Virus record (IMG/VR): IMGVR_UViG_3300045988_138743
Direction: 5' to 3' (one strand)
DNA from: a virus
Length of the DNA stretch: 35,847 bases
A program made the position numbers and the translations under genes. A model generated the notes under the pieces. It was not told where the DNA came from and ran no database searches. It saw only the letters and a program-made list of their open reading frames with translations. Of this stretch, positions 17,521-23,307 are shown one piece after another; within the stretch, counting starts at the first letter, position 1; each line of letters begins with the position of its first letter.

Positions 17521-17712
17521 TCACAGTTTGGGCTTACATAAATCCTTTATCACATGCTCTATCACGAATTTCTTGCACTCAACCATCTCCTCTTTTGATG
17601 GCTGAGTGTTTGTCTTTTGTATGATCCATACAATCAACGCATATTTTGTCCACTTATTTTCAAGCCACCCTATCAAGCAAGTTATCAATGCTATGATGAA
17701 TATTAGTTTCAA
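17521..17712 (-). CDS. Small membrane protein
   Basis: 63 aa, TTG start with RBS aggaaggag, N-terminal TM segment LIFIIALITCLIGWL. Confidence 0.5.
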   Translation of the reverse strand: MKLIFIIALITCLIGWLENKWTKYALIVWIIQKTNTQPSKEEMVECKKFVIEHVIKDLCKPKL

Positions 17713-17747
17713 TTTTTCTCACGCTCCTTCCTAAATCAGATTTCTCC

Positions 17748-17843
17748 CCGGGCTTACCGGAGCACCACACGAAATGGATTTATTATGGTTCACAAGAGGA
17801 TTTGTTGTATATGGGTAGTTTTGCGGTGCTCCGGCAAGCCCGG
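17748..17843. repeat. Long GC-rich inverted repeat (19-bp arms, 1 mismatch, 58-nt spacer)
   Basis: CCGGGCTTACCGGAGCACC (17748..17766) pairs with GGTGCTCCGGCAAGCCCGG (17825..17843). Followed by atatattttttt on the plus strand. Confidence 0.85.
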
Positions 17844-17853
17844 ATATATTTTT

Positions 17854-18087
17854 TTATTGATTCAGCATGCACTTCACTTCTGCCTTGAGTTCAATGAGGC
17901 TTGCAAAGTATGCTGCCTCTGTGAGGGCTTTTTCTCTCTTGAGTTTCTGATACTGTTCCTCATTCCAGTCCTCTCTCGTGTTAGTACAGAAGCTATTGTA
18001 TTCTTCCTCTTTCTTGCAGTTTGTCTCATCTGCTTTATCTATCTTGGTGATGATTTTCTCAAGGCTGAGTGCTTCTTCCTTTGTCAA
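17854..18087 (-). CDS. Hypothetical early protein
   Basis: 77 aa, TTG start with RBS gagggagg. Confidence 0.5.
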   Translation of the reverse strand: MTKEEALSLEKIITKIDKADETNCKKEEEYNSFCTNTREDWNEEQYQKLKREKALTEAAYFASLIELKAEVKCMLNQ

Positions 18088-18122
18088 ATTCTTTCCTCCC
18101 TCTGTATTCTGTGTATTAAATC

Positions 18123-18181
18123 TTGCCTTTTTCTGCTTTTCAGTCGTATACTCTTCTTACAGGACGTTGCAGCGTCCGAGT
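18123..18181 (+). promoter_or_regulatory. Promoter plus conserved leader, copy 1 (drives moron 18205..18747)
   Basis: TTGCCT, 18 nt, TATACT, 3 nt, then CTTACAGGACGTTGCAGCGTCCGAGT. 36 of 40 nt (18142..18181) match 19313..19352. Confidence 0.6.
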
Positions 18182-18204
18182 AAATATATAAGTGAGGTAT
18201 TTTT

Positions 18205-18747
18205 ATGTCTTTAACACCTTCTGATGTCATTCAATTAATTGGTATACTAGCATCTCTCATTACAAGCGTTATTGCTATAATTATTTCTGTATTAACACTC
18301 AAACAAAACTCTAAAATGATTGATGAAACATCACGTCCTTATGTAGCCATATACGCTAAAACCACAAATTTCCAATCGCCGCAATATTACTTAGTCATAA
18401 AGAATTTTGGACAAACTGGAGCAACTATATCTTCAATAAAATGTTCTCCTGATATCACTCCATTCTCTATTCGAAGTGATCACATTCCATTTTCCAATTT
18501 TGCAGAAACATATATTGCTCCCGGCCAATCATTTATATGCAATGTTAAGGCAAGGGAATTCTGTTCACAGAAAGAAATATTTTATTTCGATATAACTTAT
18601 ATTGGAAATGGAAAGGAATACCATGATACATATCCTATAAATCCAAAAGCAGATGCTGATTTAATACATGTAAGGGCAGCTACTGTTGGTGATGAACTTC
18701 GCAGTATCTCATACTCTCTACAGGATTTAATTGAAAAGCAGTTATAA
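18205..18747 (+). CDS. Membrane-anchored moron protein (N-terminal TM plus about 140-aa soluble domain), function unknown
   Basis: 180 aa, RBS gtgagg, TM segment VIQLIGILASLITSVIAIIISVL. AT-rich and opposite in orientation to the surrounding early operon. Confidence 0.65.
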   Translation: MSLTPSDVIQLIGILASLITSVIAIIISVLTLKQNSKMIDETSRPYVAIYAKTTNFQSPQYYLVIKNFGQTGATISSIKCSPDITPFSIRSDHIPFSNFAETYIAPGQSFICNVKAREFCSQKEIFYFDITYIGNGKEYHDTYPINPKADADLIHVRAATVGDELRSISYSLQDLIEKQL

Positions 18748-18963
18748 CTCGACTCGTTTTTCTTTTACTCTCTCTTTGATCCGATCTGTTATAAACTCAA
18801 GTGCTTCTACTGTTTGGGCTTCCTCTGGGAGTCCTTTTTTTATGGTTTCAATTACACTTTCTACAATCAGATTGACTTTATCCTCATCCAAATATGTTGT
18901 GTTTGCAGTTTCAAAATCATTTTGAATTATGTTTAGCATTTCTCTCTCTTCTTTCCTATGCAT
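18742..18963 (-). CDS. Hypothetical early protein
   Basis: 73 aa, convergent with and overlapping the last 6 nt of the moron. Confidence 0.5.
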   Translation of the reverse strand: MHRKEEREMLNIIQNDFETANTTYLDEDKVNLIVESVIETIKKGLPEEAQTVEALEFITDRIKERVKEKRVEL

Positions 18964-18998
18964 TCTGTGTATTAATTGTCTTTAATTTCTTCACAGTC

Positions 18999-19268
18999 TC
19001 ACTCCCCTTCCCCCTGCATCCTGTCCGACAGCGCTTTTGCATGCAGTACTACAGTCTTCATTTCTGTTGCATCTACACCAAACTCTCGCATCTTCTCTTC
19101 CAAGGGTACCGGCTCATGGTCTTTCTTGGGGTACTGCTGATATATGCTCTCTGCAGCATGGAGTCCATACCGGTAAAAGGATTTCACCGCCAACTCCGGT
19201 GTGATAGTTCCTTTTCCCTGTACAGTGCACCTGCTCCTGTCCTTGTAGGTGAAAAATATTTTCCACAT
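18999..19268 (-). CDS. Hypothetical early protein (full-length paralog of 19979..20161)
   Basis: 89 aa, starting MWKIFFTYKDRSRCTVQGKGTITPELAVK... Confidence 0.55.
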   Translation of the reverse strand: MWKIFFTYKDRSRCTVQGKGTITPELAVKSFYRYGLHAAESIYQQYPKKDHEPVPLEEKMREFGVDATEMKTVVLHAKALSDRMQGEGE

Positions 19269-19293
19269 GGTCTTTTCCTTTCTTAAATACTAC

Positions 19294-19352
19294 TTGAATA
19301 TTTACTCTCCCAAGTCATATAATCTCCTTACAGGACGTTGCAGCGCCCGAGT
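19294..19352 (+). promoter_or_regulatory. Promoter plus conserved leader, copy 2 (drives moron 19374..19721)
   Basis: TTGAAT, 18 nt, TATAAT, 3 nt, then CTTACAGGACGTTGCAGCGCCCGAGT. Same architecture as copy 1. Confidence 0.6.
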
Positions 19353-19373
19353 TTATGAAAGGAGGACTTTATA

Positions 19374-19721
19374 ATGAGTAATAATGATTTATCATTAATA
19401 GAAAAATTTAAGTCTTTAATGCAACAAGCTATGTTATATGCTCAATACTCTCACGATTATATTTTTGATGATTCTGTTGATGATTCTGTTGCTATTGCAT
19501 ATCTGAATATTGCGGCTTCAAAATTCGCTGCTGCAGAATCTCTTTACTATTCATGCTTTAACATTTTGGAACGTGATGAAGCTGAAAGTATTTTTCACAT
19601 TTTTGACGTATATATGGTTGAAATGTTGACCAATCATAAGACTGAGCACTCTCATCAATGGACAGATATCGAGTACAATCGTTTAAAGGATGCTTTCGAT
19701 TCTTCAGCGTTTGCATTTTAA
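19374..19721 (+). CDS. Moron protein, cytoplasmic, function unknown
   Basis: 115 aa, RBS aaaggagga, AT-rich, opposite strand to the early operon. Confidence 0.6.
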   Translation: MSNNDLSLIEKFKSLMQQAMLYAQYSHDYIFDDSVDDSVAIAYLNIAASKFAAAESLYYSCFNILERDEAESIFHIFDVYMVEMLTNHKTEHSHQWTDIEYNRLKDAFDSSAFAF

Positions 19722-19735
19722 GATATCTAACTTTT

Positions 19736-19933
19736 CTAAGGGGAGGTTTTTCCTCCTCTTATCTCGTCTAATATTTCATGCAGTAATGCGGTCTGGTACA
19801 TTATTTCCTTTCCTATAACAGAGTCCGGATCTATACATACCGACTTTCTTTTCTTTTTTGCTTTTTCTCTCTTGATTTCATCTCTTTGCATTTCTGCAAA
19901 CTTCGAAATTTCTTTATAAATTTGATTTCCCAT
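19736..19933 (-). CDS. Hypothetical protein
   Basis: 65 aa with a basic centre, KREKAKKKRK. Confidence 0.45.
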   Translation of the reverse strand: MGNQIYKEISKFAEMQRDEIKREKAKKKRKSVCIDPDSVIGKEIMYQTALLHEILDEIRGGKTSP

Positions 19934-19978
19934 ATGGTTTTGTCCTTTCCGTGCTATTCTCTCCTTGTGATTATTCCT

Positions 19979-20161
19979 TTAATCGCTTAATAAAATCATT
20001 ATTGCAATTATTAAAAACGGGAGAAAAAGTATTACTTCTGTCATGGTTTTGTCCTTTCTCGTATTGAATCTAACTTTCACCGCCAACTCCGGTGTGATGA
20101 TTCCTTTTCCTTTTACAGTGCATTTACTCTTGTCTCTGTAAGTAAAAAATATTTTCCACAT
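19979..20161 (-). pseudogene. Truncated 5' paralog of gene 18999..19268, read through into a short hydrophobic peptide
   Basis: MWKIFFTYRDKSKCTVKGKGIITPELAVK then diverges. Contains an internal ATG at 20043 (MTEVILFLPFLIIAIMILLSD). Confidence 0.5.
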
Positions 20162-20186
20162 GATCTTTTCCTTTTTATTTCGCTAT

Positions 20187-20203
20187 ATCAAATTTAATTT
20201 GAT
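20187..20203. promoter_or_regulatory. Operator-like 17-bp palindrome O1 (ATCAAATTTAATTTGAT)
   Basis: Perfect palindrome immediately 3' of the cro-like stop codon. Confidence 0.6.
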
Positions 20204-20404
20204 TTAATCAGCAAAAAAAATATAATCTAATGGTATTTTATATATCACCGCCAATTCTTTCGCTTGTGTAATAGAGGGTTGTGATGTTCCCTTTTCCCAA
20301 TTAACCAAAGTATTTTTTGATACACTCATTGCCTTTGCTGCCTCTGTTTGCGTCATTTCAGCATTTACTCTAGCGGCGGCTAAACTTATCTGTAACTTAC
20401 TCAC
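20204..20404 (-). CDS. Cro-like XRE-family HTH regulator
   Basis: 66 aa, GTG start. MTQTEAAKAMSVSKNTLVNWEKG is the HTH. Divergent from the CI-like repressor gene. Confidence 0.8.
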   Translation of the reverse strand: MSKLQISLAAARVNAEMTQTEAAKAMSVSKNTLVNWEKGTSQPSITQAKELAVIYKIPLDYIFFAD

Positions 20405-20436
20405 TTACTTATTGCTCCTTTCCTTTTGTTGTCCTT

Positions 20437-20465
20437 ATAGTATATCAAATTAAATTTGATGTCAA
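20437..20465 (-). promoter_or_regulatory. Early (cro-side) promoter
   Basis: On the minus strand: TTGACA, 17 nt, TACTAT. The spacer is filled by operator O2. Confidence 0.6.
20444..20460. promoter_or_regulatory. Operator-like palindrome O2 (ATCAAATTAAATTTGAT)
   Basis: 16 of 17 positions identical to O1, with the same TATATCAAATT flank. Confidence 0.6.
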
Positions 20466-20495
20466 TACTAAAATCCAATTTATTTTGTTTTTTTG

Positions 20496-20524
20496 TTGAC
20501 TGTGATAAAATTTAATTGTATTAT
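20496..20524 (+). promoter_or_regulatory. Repressor (cI-side) promoter
   Basis: TTGACT, 17 nt, TATTAT. The spacer contains the degenerate operator O3. Confidence 0.55.
20505..20521. promoter_or_regulatory. Degenerate operator O3 (ATAAAATTTAATTGTAT)
   Basis: 14 of 17 positions match O1. Confidence 0.4.
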
Positions 20525-20547
20525 CAGTATATAAGGAGGAAATAAAG

Positions 20548-21189
20548 ATGGTTAAAGATAAGCAAAAAGCTATTTTTTCAAAAAACCTTAATTCTTATAT
20601 CGCAAAAAGTGAAAAGACACAGCTTGAAATTGCCAAATCAATTGGCGTATCTCCTCAAACCTTTAATACATGGTGCAAAGGAATAGCCATTCCTCGAATG
20701 GGAAAAGTACAAGCTTTGGCTGATTACTTTAATATAAATAAGTCTGATTTAATAGAAGATAAGAAATTAAATATAGATACTGTGCCAATAGAATCCGGCT
20801 ACACTATCCCAGTACTCGGTCGTGTTGCTGCTGGATATGGGAAAGAAGCTGTTGAGGAAGTAATCGGTCAAATAGAGATTTCTCCCGCTTTAGCTGCAAA
20901 GGGTGATTACTTCGGTCTGCTGATTAAGGGTGACAGCATGATACCTACTCTGTATGATGGTGATACCGTTATCGTACAACGTGTCGATGATGCCGAATCA
21001 GGTGATCTTGTGATTGCTCTCGTCAATGGACATGATGCAACTTGCAAACGATTGCAGAAATATGCAGAAGGGATTGCTCTCATACCACAGAATCCTGTAT
21101 ATGAGCCTATGCGTTTTACTGAATCAGAAATAGATACTACCCCGGTTAAGATACTTGGTAAAGTCATTGAAATGAGAAGAAAATTTTAA
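20548..21189 (+). CDS. CI-like repressor (XRE HTH plus S24 LexA-type autopeptidase)
   Basis: HTH is TQLEIAKSIGVSPQTFNTWCKG. Ala-Gly cleavage site in RVAAGYG. GDSM catalytic Ser and a downstream Lys in ATCKRL. Confidence 0.9.
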   Translation: MVKDKQKAIFSKNLNSYIAKSEKTQLEIAKSIGVSPQTFNTWCKGIAIPRMGKVQALADYFNINKSDLIEDKKLNIDTVPIESGYTIPVLGRVAAGYGKEAVEEVIGQIEISPALAAKGDYFGLLIKGDSMIPTLYDGDTVIVQRVDDAESGDLVIALVNGHDATCKRLQKYAEGIALIPQNPVYEPMRFTESEIDTTPVKILGKVIEMRRKF

Positions 21190-21259
21190 TGAGGTTTTAT
21201 CCCATGCATCCTGCCCTTATATATGTTAAGTCTATGAAATTAAGTAGAAGGGAGTTCCA

Positions 21260-21952
21260 ATGCGAAAGAAAATATATAATATTCTTAACCAAAATGCCAT
21301 TTATGATACATTTATGTTTACAGTCATAATTATGAGCATTGTTCCATTGGCTTTTGTTAAACAACAATCCTGGATGACATTAATTGATAGGATAACTGTT
21401 ATCATTTTTATTGTTGATTATATTTTACGGTGGTTCGTAGCTGATAAGCTTAGTAATAAGCTTAATAAATTTATACTATATCCACTAACTCCAATGGCGA
21501 TAATTGATTTATTGTCCATTCTTCCATCAATAACATTATTGAATAGCAGCTTTAAGTTACTAAAAATTTTTAGATTATTTAGATCTCTGCGATTACTTAA
21601 GATTTTAAAGTTAGTTAGATATTCTAAAAGCATTACTATGATTTGTAATGTTTTCAAAAAGCAAAAAGAGACATTTATTACCATATTGGTCATGGCTATT
21701 ACATATATTCTGGTTTCAGCTCTGGTAATCATTAATGTTGAGCCAGAAACGTTCCCAACATATTTTGATGCCCTATATTGGGCTACGATATCATTAACCA
21801 CTGTTGGTTATGGTGATGTGTATGCAGTAACTACAATCGGAAAAATTATTACTATGATTTCATCTTTCCTAGGAATTGCTGTTGTCGCCTTACCGGCTGG
21901 TATAATAACGTCAGGTTTAATGGATGAATTAAGCAAATCACATGATGAATAG
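21260..21952 (+). CDS. 6-TM voltage-gated-type potassium channel
   Basis: Selectivity filter TTVGYGD. S4-like helix with a basic residue every third position (LLKIFRLFRSLRLLKILKLVRY). Six hydrophobic segments. RBS aagggag. Confidence 0.85.
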   Translation: MRKKIYNILNQNAIYDTFMFTVIIMSIVPLAFVKQQSWMTLIDRITVIIFIVDYILRWFVADKLSNKLNKFILYPLTPMAIIDLLSILPSITLLNSSFKLLKIFRLFRSLRLLKILKLVRYSKSITMICNVFKKQKETFITILVMAITYILVSALVIINVEPETFPTYFDALYWATISLTTVGYGDVYAVTTIGKIITMISSFLGIAVVALPAGIITSGLMDELSKSHDE

Positions 21953-21975
21953 CATAAGTTTAAGGAGGAATTTAT

Positions 21976-22824
21976 ATGGCAATGATTAAATGCCCTGAAT
22001 GTGGAAAAGATATTTCTAATCAGTCAGACAAATGTATATACTGTGGTTTTCCTATAAGAAATGAAGATATGATAGTCTGTAGCAACTGCGGAGTTCTTAA
22101 CCAGGCAGGAAGTACATTCTGCTCTTCCTGTGGTAATCCTCTGGTTAAAGGTATTACTGCTCCGTCAACGGCAAAGGCACATAAATCTGCTAATAAGAAA
22201 AAACACTCAAAGAAACGACATAGTAAAGCACCTCTTTTTATGTCCATATTCTTCTTATTACTAATTTTAATAGCAGTCATTGTTTTCAGATGGGCTATTC
22301 AATCAGGCAGACTTGAAGTTGTAATAAAGGATCCTGATACAAATGAAAGCTATCAGCTCATATCAAGTAGCGGTTTGTTCAATGTTGCATTAACAATTCC
22401 TGCAGAATATGTTGAAGGCACAACTCAAAAGGAGCTCAATAAACAAGCCAAGGAAGGAACTTTTAAATCTGCCACACTGAACAAAGATGGAAGTGTTACA
22501 TATGTCATGAGTAAATCTCAACACAAGGAAATGTTGAACACGCTTAAGGATTCTATCGCAGATGAACTTAATAAAATTCCTAACTCTACCGACTATCCAA
22601 ATGTAACTAAAGTCGAAGCCAATGACGATTATACCAAATTTACTGTTACCACAGCCAGTACAGAGCTTTCGTTTGAGGAGCAATTTCTTAGTGTCCAGCT
22701 TTACATATATGGAGGAATGTATAATGCATTTAATAATTTATCCCCTGTTATATCTGTTGATTATGTAAATGCAGACTCCGGAGCTACAATTTACTCTGGA
22801 AAATCCTCTGATATAACTAATTAA
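21976..22824 (+). CDS. Double zinc-ribbon membrane protein with an extracytoplasmic C-terminal domain
   Basis: CPECG..CIYCG and CSNCG..CSSCG motifs, a K-rich linker, TM segment LFMSIFFLLLILIAVIVF, then about 170 aa of soluble domain. RBS aaggagg, 23 nt after the channel gene. Confidence 0.75.
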   Translation: MAMIKCPECGKDISNQSDKCIYCGFPIRNEDMIVCSNCGVLNQAGSTFCSSCGNPLVKGITAPSTAKAHKSANKKKHSKKRHSKAPLFMSIFFLLLILIAVIVFRWAIQSGRLEVVIKDPDTNESYQLISSSGLFNVALTIPAEYVEGTTQKELNKQAKEGTFKSATLNKDGSVTYVMSKSQHKEMLNTLKDSIADELNKIPNSTDYPNVTKVEANDDYTKFTVTTASTELSFEEQFLSVQLYIYGGMYNAFNNLSPVISVDYVNADSGATIYSGKSSDITN

Positions 22825-22843
22825 ACTGTTTTAAATTCATAGT

Positions 22844-22866
22844 TTTGCGCCGGCGCAAATTTTAAT
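22844..22866 (+). terminator. Rho-independent terminator of the cI / channel / zinc-ribbon operon
   Basis: TTTGCGCCGGCGCAAA palindrome followed by ttttaat. Confidence 0.7.
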
Positions 22867-22886
22867 CTTATTTTTAATATGAATAC

Positions 22887-22914
22887 TTGACAAGACTAAT
22901 TCATATGCTAAAAT
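22887..22914 (+). promoter_or_regulatory. Strong sigma-70-type promoter with extended -10
   Basis: TTGACA, 16 nt, (TGc)TAAAAT. Confidence 0.6.
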
Positions 22915-22920
22915 ATAGCT

Positions 22921-22982
22921 AATTAGCGAATGACTGCTGTGCGGTCGCAAAATTAGTCTTGGTTTATTCCAAGGCTTTTTTT
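22921..22982 (+). ncRNA. Candidate about 60-nt sRNA / attenuating leader
   Basis: The promoter is followed by hairpin CTAATTAGCGA..TCGCAAAATTAG. Then comes terminator CTTGG-tttatt-CCAAG plus a T7 run. The tract aattagtcttg is complementary to caagactaatt in the promoter spacer. Confidence 0.3.
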
Positions 22983-23002
22983 GCGTTTATGAGGATTTTA
23001 CA

Positions 23003-23158
23003 ATGAATAAACAAATAACTTATACTGACGTATATAGTCAGCTAGAAAAATTAAAATCTCAAAATCTTATAATATCAGATGAGGCTTTTGCTATTAGTGC
23101 TCTTTCGAGATATGGTTATTCAACCCTAATCAAAGTCTCTTGGTTTAGCACCGTGTAA
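23003..23158 (+). pseudogene. Truncated Abi_2 (AbiD/AbiF-like) abortive-infection gene, N-terminal 51 codons only
   Basis: MNKQITYTDVYSQLEKLKSQNLIISDEAFAISALSRYGYSTLIK matches the usual Abi_2 N-terminus (QI..L..RGL.I.D...A...L....YY.L.GY), then stops. Confidence 0.5.
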
Positions 23159-23307
23159 AAGGTGCTGTAACTAAACAACCGCCCTGCAGCTACCAACTGC
23201 AGAGCGATTATATAGATGTTACCTATCAACCCGAGGGCCAATATAATAACTCCCTAAGCAAGTCTTATTATATCACATGCCCTCTTTTTTAGAAAGGGGC
23301 TTTTTAT

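Noticed and set aside
23180-23206. Inverted repeat CGCCCTGCAG-N7-CTGCAGAGCG upstream of int, considered as an alternative attP
   Set aside because: It is short, built around two PstI-type palindromes, and has no link to a host gene fragment. The 25076..25121 palindrome inside the miaB fragment is the better attP candidate. This one could still be a transcriptional insulator hairpin.
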